Assembly: GCA_951406725.2 (NCBI GenBank)
Contig: OX597814.1
Coordinates: 138,756,001-138,820,000, forward strand
Length of the DNA stretch: 64,000 nucleotides
Origin: Octopus vulgaris
Taxonomy: Eukaryota
Direction: 5' to 3'
Positions 12,441 to 26,760 of this stretch are shown here, one piece after another. Both the position numbers and the translations under genes were made by a program. Each line of letters begins with the position of its first letter. Position 1 is the first letter of the stretch. The notes beneath the pieces are model-generated. The model saw only the letters and a list, made by a program, of their open reading frames with translations. It was not told the origin of the DNA and did no database searches.

Positions 12441-13212
12441 GCTTTATTTCTAGATTTCTTTCCAATGTGGATAGTGTCAGTTTCTAAACTAGATCCAAGG
12501 CTGCTTCATCAAATTTTCAATTGCATTATCAGTGTAGTTATGCATACTTATATGTAAGTGTGCAAGCATTTGGAACCAGTGCATGTACAAACCTGTATGC
12601 TTTGTTTTATATAAGTTTTCTCATACACATAGTTGCACGTCCAAATATGTGCCTATTTACTTATATGGAAAACAGTTGCATTGATGGCTTGTATCTGTAA
12701 GTAATCAAATTAGCTTTCTTCTCTCTGGTTTTAAGACTATTAAATTCCTCAAGATTGGTGCTAAGGCAATTTGTTATATGCATTATTGTGCTTCAATAAT
12801 TACGGATATGAATCTAAACTTCAAATCTGGGTGATGTAGCTGTAAATTTCTCAGTTGTTCAGCGTAGTTGTTTTCTTTTTCACTGATCTTTAACTTTATG
12901 TTGACATTAACTGGATAAGATTAATATCTACAACTGTACACAATTTCTACTCTATGTCCCAAATTACACAAATCACAATGTCTGTTCTATGTATAATGGT
13001 CATTGTTTCTATGACACTGATGATGTTATGTCTTTCGTCTCCAGATTATCCTTCGAACGGATCTCATTGTGCAGTGTATTCGCCACAATATCATCGGCAG
13101 ATAAAAATGTGATGACATTTTCGGAATATCACATCCCTGTGCTTCCCTGCATCTTTATACCTTTTGCACATCAGGAATGTAATTGCTGTCTCCTGTTTCC
13201 GGCATGTATGTA

Positions 13213-13397
<185 letters not shown>

Positions 13398-13549
13398 ATA
13401 TATCGCTGTCTCTATCTATCTGTCTGTCTGTCTCTCTCCCTGTAAGTTTGATCTACTAATACTCTAATACATAAATATCTATATATTTATACTTAAATAT
13501 TTATCGTCTGGAAATCTCCAGTCTTTGTTTTCTTTCTATTTGCATGTAT

Positions 13550-13610
<61 letters not shown>

Positions 13611-13852
13611 TACACACATACACACACACGCACACACACGCACACACATACATTATATATCAAACCCAAGCTATTACATTTAATTTGTTTATCCGCATAA
13701 TTTCTTCCATATCGTCTAACCTGGATTCCTCTTATTGCCACTCTTTACCAGGCCGAATTGGTCACTCGTAAAGAGACCGGAGTCTAAGTTCGAATTATTT
13801 GAGCGCTACTAAGTATTTCCTACAATGAGAATCTCTGGATCCCATCTGTAGA

Positions 13853-13885
<33 letters not shown>

Positions 13886-14279
13886 GAATTAGAATATATA
13901 TATATATATATTTACATACATTAACAAACACACACACACGCACACGCGCACACACACACACACGCCCACAGATATATACATATGAATGTATGTATATATG
14001 ATGAACTGGGAAATTCATTACAGCGCCGAATAGAATACCGTGTTGTATTCGTTCAGGCTGTTAGCGTTATGAGCCCAAATCGCGCGTAAGTTAACCTTAT
14101 TTCTCATCCTTTCTGGGTCGATTAATAAAATACGAATCAAATACTAAAGGCGTTTCTTTTCTCTTTAACTTCCTTTCAGTGTGTATGTGCGGCGCGTGCG
14201 CGTGCGCGGGTGTCTTTTCTTGGGAAGATTGGCCGTGGCCGAGCATATAGAGGGATAAGCTTTGCCAGATTTAAAACTG

Positions 14280-14506
14280 ACCAAGACACACTATGTATCA
14301 CCGTAGCTCCTAAAAATCCACTGATAATTAGGAGTCCAAAACAAGACAATATAGCTTACGTACTTGTAGATCACATGCATCAAAGAAGCTATTATATACA
14401 ATTTTGTTTTATGCCTTATAACAATTCACAAAGCCTCTCTGCGATTGCTGTAAGAGAGGAAAGTATTCTCAAGCTTGAATGCTTGCAGAAGAGTGGACTC
14501 TGCTAA
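14280..14506 (+). mobile_element. Possible decayed Penelope-like GIY-YIG endonuclease fragment
   Basis: KNPLIIR..LVDHMHQ..REESILKLECLQKSGLC loosely resembles Penelope endonuclease C-termini; weak. Confidence 0.3.
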
Positions 14507-15669
14507 AGGCACCCAACGAGACAGTAGGACAGAGATGAAGGATCCCATATATCTGTAACAGAATGTAGGTGATTTATGAAGTGGAAGTAATGGACAGGGG
14601 GTAAATATAATGGAATGCTGGACTACACCAAATTTAATGGAATGTGGTGTCGGACAGAAAAAGAAAGAAAGAGGAAGGTTAGTGATAGAGAGAGGAAAAG
14701 CGATGGGGAGGGAAAGCTCTGTCTACAAGCCTTTTACTTGAGTAATGTGGTTAGAAATTTCCGATCCAGTAAGGACCAGCTGGAGCATATATTTTAGCAA
14801 CAGATTTTTGCGTTTGAGATGTACATGCAATATTTATTTGTGCGCCTGCTCGCTGTATGCACAAATATTCAAATGCATAAAGACATACAATTTATTGGCA
14901 AAGAAACCAATAGATGCATTTATATTAATATTCATAATTCGACGATTTGTACTCATACACACACACACATACCCACACACATTCACATAGATAGAAACGT
15001 ATGCAACAACACACACAGATAAACGTGCATAAAGCTACTTACAAGAATGAATAGCTTCTTTTTGCTAGTGGCATAACAATGTATGTATTATGTTATTTAA
15101 TCCCAGTTAATACCTGACCAAGCATAACTATTACCAAAGTTGTCCCATCTTTTTTTTCCTTTTCAAAGAATTTATAAACAAACCACATTATGCAGAGGAG
15201 TCTACTTTCATTAAATATGTTCACTCTCAAATATTTCTCACTCTCTCTCTCAGTATATATGTGTGTGTGTGTGTGTGTCTGCGTGAGCACATACGTACGT
15301 ACGTACATAATACATACATCCATACATTCATGTATGTATGCATGTGTATGTGTGCGAGCATGTGTGTGTATGAATTTTCTTATAGTATTTCTTGAATATT
15401 GCTGAATGTGGCACTTGTCTGGAAATACGATCAGAGAAAATTAGTTTCCTCATAGTTTCTCAAGTTAGGTGTCATAGTTCCGAATCACAATAGTACAACA
15501 GAGAAATTTGCGGTGGCCTTAGGCAGAATATATGATATTTCTTGATATCCACTAGACATGGAAATGAACGCGCGGCAAAATGTAACCAATAATATTTGCG
15601 AAGATCTGATGTAAGTTTTTTTTTCTTAGATGTAGTGCATCTGAACACTGTACACAATTTCTCTCATAT

Positions 15670-15670
15670 T

Positions 15671-15744
<74 letters not shown>

Positions 15745-15832
15745 GGGAAGGGTGGTGGTGTTTGTGTGTTTGTGCATGCATCTATGTATATAGAAATAAA
15801 TATACATCTGTACATATGCATATATATATGTA

Positions 15833-15891
<59 letters not shown>

Positions 15892-15944
15892 TATATGTCT
15901 GTGTGTCTGCGTGTGTGTATACATGCATAGACAGACAGACAGAC

Positions 15945-15989
<45 letters not shown>

Positions 15990-15991
15990 TT

Positions 15992-16082
<91 letters not shown>

Positions 16083-16107
16083 GTAGGTAGGTAGGTAGGT
16101 AGGTAGA
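15670..16107. repeat. Compound microsatellite (GATA)n/(TA)n/(GACA)n/(GGTA)n
   Basis: Directly visible; representative of many such tracts in the window. Confidence 0.95.
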
Positions 16108-16154
16108 TAATATATGCCATACATACATATTTTTATGCCGCAACATAAAATATA

Positions 16155-17433
16155 TCAGGTCATCCCATAAGTTCTGTCCGAATTTTGAATAAAGAAAACA
16201 AGTGATCAAATGTTATATTTAATTGAAATTTGATAATCAACGTACTTTCCTTGATTATCTATAACTCCCTTACATCTATTTACAAGTTTCTTAATCCCAT
16301 AAATGTAAAACTCTTTTGGTTTCAAAGCGAAGAACTCTGAAATGTCAGTTTCGACCTCCCCCTGGCTTGCGAAAGTTATGTCCCCCAAGTGATTATGTAA
16401 ACAACAAAACAAATGGTAGCCTGAAGGAGCAAGGACGGGAGAATACGGTGGATGAGGAATTTTTTCCCAACCAAGCTCTTCGATCTCCTGTGATGTAATC
16501 TTTGCAGTGTGGGGTTGCGCATTGGCCTGATGAATCATCACTCCTTTTCGATTCACTAAAGTGAGTCTTTTTTCCTTCAAAGCTTGGTTCAAATGCTCTA
16601 ATTGCTAACAGTAGACTTGAGCATTGATTGTTGCATTAGGTGGTAATAATCCAAAGTGAATTACCCCTTTGCAATCCCACCAGATAGAGAGCAGAATATT
16701 TTTCCCATGAAGTTCCTTTCTCGGTTGTAGTCGAGTTTTTCCCTTTTACCAAGCCACTGTTTACGACATTTAACATTTCGATAGATCCATTTTTCGTCAC
16801 CAGTCACAACTCTATCCAAAAAGGGTGAAATGAGTTCGCGAGAATGGAGAGAAGAGCAGATGTCAACTCGGGATTTGCGGTTACTTTCGGACAATTCATG
16901 AGGCACCCGTTTTCCAAGTTTAGGAACCTTTCCAAGTTGTTGAAGATGATGACGAATAGTTGTATGGTTTGAACTTTATTGCCAATTCTTCAAATGATAA
17001 TGCAGGATTTTCTTCAAGTAATGCCTCAAGGAGCTTATCATCAAACTCAACTGGATGTCCTGTTTGATCTTCATCTTCAAGGCTGAAATCTCCACTTCTG
17101 AATTTTGCAAACCATCTTCTTCAAATTTTTTCATCCAAGCATTCTTTCCCATAAACTGAATGTATGTTTCGAGTCGCTTCGGCTGCAGAGTTTCCTTTTT
17201 TGTACTCATAAAGCATTATTTGCTTTAAATGCTCTTTCGCTACTTCCATGTTAGAAAGGGTTTTCATCAAAGAAATTTTAATTCTATTATTCTTTAAAAT
17301 GATATTTAATTAGTTTAAATGTACACAAATACATAAAAATAATTTTTAATTCCATTAGACATTCTAAAATACTATTGAATTTCATTCAATTTTAGAAAAG
17401 GTAAAATTGGACAGAACTTATGGGACGACCTGA
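16155..17433 (-). mobile_element. Full-length (1279 bp) mariner transposon with pseudogenised DD34D transposase
   Basis: ~31-bp TIRs TCAGGTC(A/G)TCCCATAAGTTCTGTCC with TA on both sides; ATG at 17249 (MEVAKEHLKQIMLYEYKKGNSAAEATRNI); motifs VPHEL, TGDEKW, HQANAQPH, PPYSPVLAPSGYHLF; frameshifts and stops. Confidence 0.95.
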
Positions 17434-19198
17434 TATTTTATGTAGTGTAAATTTAACTTTCGATTTACAAATGTAATTTTCTGCGTAGTTTTAAATGCTT
17501 TGTGCATCAAATATATTATAGCACTCGCACGTATTAGCTGCACACTCATATATTGCATACACGCATGCAGGAATACATACATATGTATGTGTTCATACAT
17601 AAATACATATAAAATTATTAAAACATATTTTGAAACATATTTTACATATTTTGATCTTATATTCATTGCTCTGTCTAATACCGCTCCATTTACTAACAAA
17701 TCATTGCCATTTATACAACAATAACTCCTAGTTATATTGCACAGTGAGAAGACCGTAATCTTTATTCATATCTTGTCAATATGATATTATCTATCGTAAT
17801 AATTGAAATGTAAGCCGCTTGTCCTGCCACGTCTGGTAATATTACACCAAGTAAATGATACAATAATCCTCTTTCAATCCCAGTGATGGATTCTTAGCTG
17901 AAGGCCATTCTTATACATTGTTTTCGCTGATGGATGTCTCCGAGCAGTATTCAGTTGAGACGCCTTCTCATATAAACAGATAAAATTTACACGGAAATCA
18001 TCAGTAGACCAAACGATAATGGCGAATTGCATTCTAATATATTTCTCATAAATACAGAACCGTAGTAATTCTTTCATTCAAAATGCAGTATACAACCAAC
18101 TGAATAAATATATATAAGTCTTAACATATTAAAGCAAATTTCAAAGTTTATATGTATTTCAAAATAGATTATTCCTAATTCTTAATATAAGAATTGCACG
18201 CTTATACATACAGAATGCAATACAAATAGAGAGTTACAATAATTCATATAGTTTTAAGACACGCAAGCACACACACACACACACACACGCACACACGCAC
18301 ACACACGCACACACACACACACAGGTGCGCGTACGCGCACACTCACAAACACACACACATGCACATATATGTATGTACGTATTTATGTATGTATATGCAT
18401 ATTTTATGTATACGTATAAGTATACACACACACACATATATGAAGGTATGTAATTATATATATATATGTGTGTGTGTCTATGTGTGTAAGTATACATATA
18501 TATGGATAGATGAATATACACATGCAGACAATGCACACAAACACAGACGCATGTATACATATACATTGCAACTGTTTTATTATTATGCTATCATGTATTA
18601 TGAAATATATTGATGCATATCACTTTATCCGATTTACAGAAAACTCCAATAATGGTTGTACATATAAGCACTGTCTAAGTCGACGGTTATAGACAGATGC
18701 TCAGTTATTACTGAAATACCTACACAGGATTGAAACTGATGTAGCTGATTCCTCTTATGTGTGTCTACAGAGAGTTGTTTATATCTATTGTCTATGTAAT
18801 TTCAATTTAATTTATGTTCATGGAATTGGCTGAAATCTCACATTTCTTCTATAGTACATTTCTATCAAGTTCGCATTCTATGCTGCACTGGGAGAACATT
18901 TATAAAATTGATTTGCCTCAATCTGATCTGAATAGAGCAAAAAAAGAGATATCAAAAATGTTTTAACGCTTAGATGTATGCATGTTGTTTATCAAATGTG
19001 GTCTCGGAGGATCGACAAAGGGAAATGTTGCCTTTCACTATGTAAATTAGCCGCCCAGTGCTGCAGCATGTATTGTGAAGTTATACTATATATTATACAT
19101 TTGAAATAGTCCTATTCATAGAAACAAATAAATCAAATTAAACATATAGCAATGATGGGTGATGTACTAGAAGTAATATACCCAGATCAGACAATATA

Positions 19199-20470
19199 TG
19201 AGGGGTGTTCATTAAAGATTTCCTCTGAATCACTTCTGGTTATTGCAGGAAACAGAACTTGTACAAGTATAATTATGCATTCCCTACGTCACATTGCAAA
19301 ATGCAACTTTCCACAAGAATTAGTTTGTCTTTTACGGCTGCTGAAGTGGACTAAGGTGTTATAATGGAGCAGTTGAATGCACATCTGTGATCAGGTTCTT
19401 ATACTTGAAAGAGATCCGGTTCTTACACTTCGATGAGATAAAAGACGTTTATGGTGACGATGCACCATCATACGACGTAATCAAGCACTGGAATCGCCAG
19501 CTCAAATGTGGTCGGACATCGGTGGAAACTGCTGCTATTCATGGACGACAACATCCCGCCACTGATGTCAACACAATACATAAAATGGAAGTCGCCACTT
19601 TGGAGGATCACCGCATAACTATTCGGCAACTAGCCCAAGAAGTGAAGATAAGTGTAGGGTCCGTGGGAAAAATCATTTATGACCATTTGAACATGCGGAA
19701 GTTGTCTGTGCGATGGATTCTCCGAATGCTCACAGTTCAGAAACAAGAATGAGTCAATTGTTCCCAGGCTCTTTTGGCAATATGCCAAGTAAACGAAGTG
19801 AACTTTTACGTCAGACTTATCACACATGGGTCCATCACTATGATCCTGAGACTAGAGTCCACTCGATGCAATGGAAACATGGTAACTCACCACCTCCAAA
19901 GAAGGTTCGTGTCCAACCGTCAGCAGGCAAGTTGATGTTCACAGTCTTCTGGGACCAGCACGGAGTAATGATGATGGATTTTCTGGCAAAGGGCACCACA
20001 ATTAACGGGGCATGTTATACTTCTCTGCTGCAGAAATTTCGGCACGTCATCAAAGCAGGGAGGCGTGGCACACTGTCCAAAGGAGTCCACCCCCTTCAAG
20101 ACAACGCCCTAGTTCATAATGCGCATGTAGCATGGATGTAAGCACACTCCCGAGGCTATGAAATCCTTTCTCATCTCCCTTACTCTCTCGATCTCGCACC
20201 ATCTGACTTCCACCTCTTTCCTACTATGAAGTCCTTTTTGAAGGTGAAGTATTTTCGGATGATGATGAACTTATTTCCGAGGTAAAGTCTTAGCTCCAGA
20301 CGCAACCTACCGACTTCTACAGACGAGTTCTTCACATCTGCATAAAGCGATAGGAGAAGTGTGTCACCATTGGTGGAGGCTATGTAGAGAAGGACTACTA
20401 ATTATGCCAAGTTTCGTTCATCCCAGTCCTTGGGAAGAGAGTCAGGTGAATTCTTTATTTAGCTCAGGTA
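19199..20470 (+). mobile_element. Near full-length mariner transposon (irritans-like), pseudogenised
   Basis: Motifs WILRML, TWVHHYDPET, SAGKLMFTVFWD, QDNALVH, PYSLDLAPSDFHLF; degenerate TIRs at both ends. Confidence 0.9.
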
Positions 20471-20829
20471 GTTACACTTTTTTTAAAACATTGTGCAACG
20501 GTAATTTTGACTGACATCATTATCAAGTGCACTTGTATCTTATTGAGGATGAAATTTTAAGTAGTCCATTTCGTTGAACCAAATTCAACGAGAATAATTC
20601 AAATATGTGTATATATAATAATATAACAATAAGCTTTTTGTATACTGTGTATACACCACAACTATTCGGAGACGGGTAAAAGTAGGGTGCAGAAACAAAA
20701 TACAATGTCTTTCCCAGTAGTATCACAAACGATCTCTGGTTATCCTCATGAAGTTCAGTAAAACATTACAATAATAGGAAATATAATTAATGTATCATTA
20801 GAACAATGCTTAATTAATGATTATTTGTG

Positions 20830-21030
20830 CAATAGGCACAAGGCCTGAATTTTGCGGTGTGGGGACTAGTCGAGTACATCGATTCAAATGTTTACCTGGT
20901 ACTTATTTTACCGACCCTGAAAGGATGAAGGGCAAAGTGGATCTCAGCGGAATTTACACTCAGAATGTAAAGACGGACGAACTGCCGCTAAGCATTTTGT
21001 CCGGCATGCTAACAATTCTGAAAGCTTGTT
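20830..21030 (-). mobile_element. Meta-like SINE
   Basis: Plus-strand GGTACTTATTTTACCGACCCTGAAAGGATGAAGGGC is the reverse complement of the family core. Confidence 0.75.
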
Positions 21031-21097
21031 GCCTTATTCTTAACTAAAGATAAGCTAACGATGGTCAACATTGTAGTTCTAATAATACATTAGTGGA

Positions 21098-21300
21098 AGG
21101 CGGCAAGCGGGCAGAATATTGGGGAAACTGCTTAGCAGCATTTCTCCAGACACTACGTTTTGACTTCTAATTTCACGAAGGTAGACTTTGCCTTTCATGC
21201 TTTTCGGTGTCGATAAAATAATTACCACTTGAATGTCGATGGTATCGAATGTACTCCTCCTCTAAAACTGCTGATCTCGTACCAAATTTTGAAACCAATA
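21098..21300 (+). mobile_element. Meta-like SINE, decayed
   Basis: Head plus GCCTTTCATGCTTTTCGGTGTCGATAAAAT core. Confidence 0.7.
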
Positions 21301-21444
21301 ATACAGCTTTAGTGGGCGAAATATAAAAATTTCCCTGGAGAAAAGATTATAGCAAATACGCTTTATTATAGACGCAGTTATAGTACATCTCACATCGAAA
21401 TTGATTATTGTGTCCATACAGTAAAAAATCACCTCTCATGTGTA

Positions 21445-21840
21445 ACAGTGAGGTGAAAATCGCTTAATTACATATGGGAAACTATCTGTTCCACCAAACA
21501 ATTAGCGGACAAAAACATTGTTTCTAGAAACGTTTCAAATCTGAAAACAAGAAAAGAAGGAAACTCCAATAAATTAATTGAAATTTTGTGAAAACATAGA
21601 AAATCCAATGTTTATGTCTACGTCTCAGAGCAATTGCGAATGTCTTTATACAGTGAGGTGAAAATCGCTAAATTAAAAACGAGAAACTATCTGTTCCACC
21701 AAACAATTAGTGGACAAAAACACTGTCTATAGAAACGTTTCAAATTTGAAAACAAGAAGAGAAGATGACTCCAATAAAGCTAATTGACATTTTATAAAAA
21801 CAGAAAATTCAATGTATATGTCCATATCTAAGATCAATTT
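21445..21840. repeat. Tandem duplication, 205-bp period, two diverged copies
   Basis: ACAGTGAGGTGAAAATCGCT at 21445 and 21650, colinear thereafter. Confidence 0.9.
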
Positions 21841-21864
21841 CCAGTATTATTATTGGCCTCATTA

Positions 21865-22545
21865 AAGTGGCAAGCTGGCAGGATCGTTAGGACGCATAAG
21901 GGAAAAATGCATAACGGTATTTCGTCCGTCTTTACACTCTGAGTTCAAACTCCGCAAATGTCGATTTTGCATTCCATCCTTTTGAGGTTGATAAAATAAA
22001 TACCAGTCATATACTGGTGTCGATAAAATCGGCTTGCCCCCTCCCCTAAAATTTCGGGCAGTATGTCTATATTAGAAAGTATTATTATTTTCTATTAACG
22101 AAGACGGTGAGCTGGCAGAATCGTTGGCACGTTGGACAAAAGTGCTTAGTGCAGTTATTCCGGCTGATTACATTCTGAATCCAAATCCCGTCGAGGTTGA
22201 AATTGCCATTCACCCTTTCGGGGACGATAAATTAAGTACCTTTTCAACACGGGAGCCAATATAACCGATTAGCTCTCGTCAAAAATTTCTGACCTTGTAC
22301 TTGTAGTAGAAAGCATTGTTATTATTAAGGTGACGAGCTAGCTAAATCATCGACACGTCGAAAAAATGCCTGGCGGCATTTCTTCTGATTTATTATGATA
22401 TTCTGAGTTCAAATTCTACCGAGTTCAACTTTGCGTTTCTTATTTCGGGGCCGCTAAAATAAAGGACTACTGAGTACTAGGGTCGACGTAATAGACTTGT
22501 CCCCTCCCCTCAAAACTGCTAACCATATGCCAAAAATAGAAAGAC
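21865..22545 (+). mobile_element. Three head-to-tail Meta-like SINE monomers
   Basis: Heads at about 21865, 22102 and 22327, each with core and (ATT)-rich tail. Confidence 0.8.
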
Positions 22546-23011
22546 TTATTTATCTGTTTCTCAATCACAAGCAGAGACACATCTTTCTCTGTAAATTTCT
22601 CCGTGGTACATAAATATTATATAAATATGTTTCATTGCTGTTGATTTATTTCAGTGGTATTGTACTAGCTTTACTACCATCTTGAACCAAATCTACCTCG
22701 ACAGATCAGATCTATAATCGAAATCTTTCTAACCATGATTATACTACTCACATTTACTAGGCACATTTACCACAACTACAACCACATTATACAATGATTT
22801 CGTTGTTTTTAAGATGATACGGTATGATTTGCAGGAGACTTCGACACTAATTTTTGCAACTAGTCGAACGACTATGTAGAAGAACAATCGTTGGATCGAC
22901 TTCTCAGTTGTGTTTTAATTTATCATCGACATTATGAGTCCTATCTCAATATCTTCCAAAATATCTTTTATCTTTGAGTCCTATCTCAATATGTTCTTCC
23001 AACATATCTTT

Positions 23012-23216
23012 TATCTTTTACTAGTTTCAGTCAGTGAGCTGAGACCATGCTGGAACTCTGCCTGTAAGGGTTTTAGTCAAACAATCCGATTCCACAACTT
23101 AATTTTTTTAAGTCTGGCACTTATTCTATCGATCTCTTTTTTCAAACCGCTAAGCTATGGGATGTGAAGAAACCCACTCCGATTGTCAAGCACTGGGAGG
23201 GCATAAGGACATTCAT

Positions 23217-23249
<33 letters not shown>

Positions 23250-23315
23250 TACACACACACACTCATATAACACCCCCCATATATATACATATATATATGT
23301 ATATATATGCACATA

Positions 23316-23365
<50 letters not shown>

Positions 23366-23410
23366 CGATGGGCTTTCCGCCTACCAAATTCACTCACAAG
23401 ACATTGGTCA
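23012..23410 (-). mobile_element. CORE-like SINE with internal microsatellite (5' truncated)
   Basis: Matches the 53374-53787 family in reverse. Confidence 0.65.
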
Positions 23411-25099
23411 GCATGGGGATATCGTCTTTATTACACAGCCATATGGATAACTCGACAACATATCTAAGAAATCTAAGAAAACACAGCGGTTTCCATAAAA
23501 ACTGTATAAACTCGGAACGTCCTCTACCAACACCATTGCACTAACTAGAACTTCCATCCAACAATCAAAATCATTGATGTTATTCCGCAGTGTAACATTG
23601 TTTTATTGAACAAGCTGGAAAGTTCCTCTTGTGGTAGAATAACATAAAATATAGCCATAATTTATTGATTAGGTCATTGAATCAGTGATGCTGGTCATAA
23701 TTTGGTTCAAATAGGCAGATATCCGCTAGGCATGAATGCGTTCCACAATAATAATTCGAACAGTCACTTTTTGTTGTTTGCGAACAAAACAAAAGAATTT
23801 TAGTAAATATCTAAGAAAATTCGTACGTATTGTCGAGAAACTTACAGAAATAAAATTAACTTCCGATCATTTTGTTTGGAAGAACCATCATTAAATTTTT
23901 TGAGTGAGTCAACATCACATCGTTTGAACACGCTTCTATTGGGTCACTCAACTTGCTAGGAATAGCAGCTAAATTTCCTCAAATTCACAGCCTACCGTCT
24001 TACAATAGAGAGCGTAGTTCTAGATATACAATATATAAAAAAAAGTAGAGAGAAAATGATCGGAAACTAGAGACAATGATTTTTGAAGATTGTTATTTCG
24101 TTAGTTGTTGGCGTTATTAATCTCACATCAACTCTAATCCAGCAAATATATTATCAAAATCTTTCCAACCATAACGAGTACGTCTTTGTTACACGTAAGC
24201 TCTACGACCATGTACATTATCCAATGTAATCTACGCTTATTTAAGACGATGGAATGTGATTTGAGGGAACTTAGGCTAATATTTCACGAAGATCGAGTGA
24301 CCCGATAGGGGATAGAGTTCTAAATTTACATTTCAAACGATTGAAAAGCAAAACATTTTATTGTTTTTATAAACACCTTATATTTATTACTTGTGGTTCC
24401 CACTGGCTATGGCTTTTAATGCGAGATAGATAACCATCCCCTCACAAAACGAGGTTTGATTTGAATTTCGAATTTGAAATTAAGGAATACAAGGAAGATA
24501 ATGCAGAGAATTCTTCTTTTTATCTATCACGAAGTTCTTAAATTTTCTAGTCAGTGATAAATATGTATAACACGATTTCATTCACTTTAGAAATCTTCAG
24601 CATGGTTTAACCTGTAAAAGCCACTGATGAGTACGGTAAGTTATAAGTTGTGTTTCATGAAACCTTTAGGTCCAGGTGTGCAATCCTGTTTATGTTATAT
24701 ATGTGAGACATATATTAGACACTACACACTTCTGACATAAATATCTCAGGACAAAATGCAGTATAGACAGCTGTCACTCGCATGCATTTACTGTTTGGTA
24801 GCATGTACAATAATTTGGATAATTGGTTTAGGTGTCTACGAAGTCGTGAGGAGGCATAGATACTCTCTCAGTTTTGTTTTCACTAGATCCAGCGGAATAT
24901 CTTGGGTGTAAATGCTGGAGAGAGCGAGAGAACTGCACCAGCACTTGCATCGTAATCATTGCAGCTCAGTTGACTGAAGCAATGTAAAATTAAGTATCTT
25001 GCTCAAGGACATGACCCGCTGCCTGATCCAGGAATTGAATCCACATTTTATGGCCATTAGTTTAATACCCTAGGCATTAGGCCACAATCTTCCACATAA

Positions 25100-25510
25100 G
25101 AGCGTCACCAACTGCTTATCTGGAAGGAAGCGTTTTCCTGATGCATGGCTAGATGATTTTATAATATCTAAGCCACTGCTTTATCTGCGACTAATTGTAA
25201 GAATATACGAAATTGCTGGTACAGGATTCGAGCGTAATTTTTTTGAAAATAAAATTATAGGCACATTTGGTTCTTGAGGTTACATCCCTAAATTCCGTAC
25301 ACTGAAAACTGTTCTGCAATTTTTTCTGGATCCCTTTGTTTACCAAGCCTGTAGAATGCTCAAAACAGTTATCTGTACCAGTAGCCTTATCGGACGAGAC
25401 TAAGTAGACCAGAGTGCTCTTGAAATTTTTCTATCGTCATTGAGCTTCACCAAGTCGTTGTTTACAGGAATCTGTGAGAGTATTTCTGTTGTGTTATCAC
25501 TGATCATTCA
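25100..25510 (-). mobile_element. Decayed RTE-like LINE reverse transcriptase N-terminal fragment
   Basis: Minus-strand translation: EILSQIPVNNDL..SSDKATGTD..FIFKKNYAR..FRIFLQLVADKAVA..FLPDKQ, resembling KAPGxD / IFKKGD / YRGISLL / LPESQ. Confidence 0.55.
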
Positions 25511-26544
25511 GAGTTCAACATTGATTTAGTGTGATCGGTTGTTCATCCCATTAGTATTTGAGAATGAATAAAAGACAACTACTGCATGAAAAGCAATAAC
25601 GAAATTGATGCTAACATATTTAAGGCATGGAACATTAAGAACCTAATTAAACATAATTATACGATGAGGAATACAAGCTGTATTAGACAATGACTACAAT
25701 TATTTTCTTTATTTCTGCTGTATCATGGCCAGAATTGTTTCCTGTACTTGCGTCAAAAAATGGAAATATTGCTTTTCTGTTTGTTTTTTTTTCTTTCTTT
25801 TTACTGCATGTTTATTGCCAGTTTGATTTTTAATGTTCCCTGCATTAGATATACTAGCACTAATTTAAGTGTTAGTTAGTGGTAGTGATGGTGGTGGTGG
25901 TACAACTTCTGATTGAGTCATGGAAACATAGTTTCCAATAGTTTTTTTTTTCAAATTGATTATTCTATGCTTCTAAAAATGTCACGACTTTTTCAGTTAT
26001 GGCGCGGTATTTGAGCTCAGATCGCAATAAATGCTTACATTGACTAAGAAGGTATCCTACTCCATGCTCTAATAATCATGTCAATCTACCGCTGTGGACT
26101 AGTACATCTTTTGTATCGATTCCGATTGGCTGAAAGTTTTCTTGATTTCGGTGGGATTTGAACTTACAGCTGATAAACATCGGAAAACCTCAAAGTGTTC
26201 TGTCCAGCTCTCTAACACCGCCACTAATTTGCCGCCATAATTAGTAGAATGTATCAGCAAGTGACATACGTGGATTTGATTTGCACTGGGATAGAGAAGA
26301 TAAGTGCTGATTTCTAAAAGATTTTTAATGTAATAAGCGTTGCTTCATTCATTTATTTATTTTGCAGCATAGTTTGAAATTCTAGTAGCCTCATCTATTG
26401 CTGAGCAAACAGATGTCTAGCATTTTCAAAGCTTCAAGTATGATTGCAGAAATTATTAGAATATTGTTGATCAGCCATGTAATCTCTAGATTGTACAGAA
26501 CATATTTATTGAAGTTTTCTTTATTTAATATTTAGTCGGAGAAA

Positions 26545-26760
26545 AGTGGCGAGCTGGCAGGATCGTTATCACAGCGGAAAAATACTTAGCAGTATTTCGT
26601 CCGTCCTCACGTTATGGGTTCAAATTCCACCGAGGTTGACTTTGCCATTTATTCCTTTCGGGGTCGATAAAATAAGCACTAATTGAGCACTGGGATCCAT
26701 GTAATCAACATAGCCCCTTCTCCAAAATTGCTGATCTTGTGCCAAAGTTTGAAACTAATA
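26545..26760 (+). mobile_element. Meta-like SINE monomer
   Basis: Head, B box GGGTTCAAATTCC, core CCTTTCGGGGTCGATAAAATAAG. Confidence 0.8.

Noticed and set aside
12989-13210. Possible exon after TCTTTCGTCTCCAG
   Set aside because: No recognisable protein in the frames examined; the ORF runs into a microsatellite.
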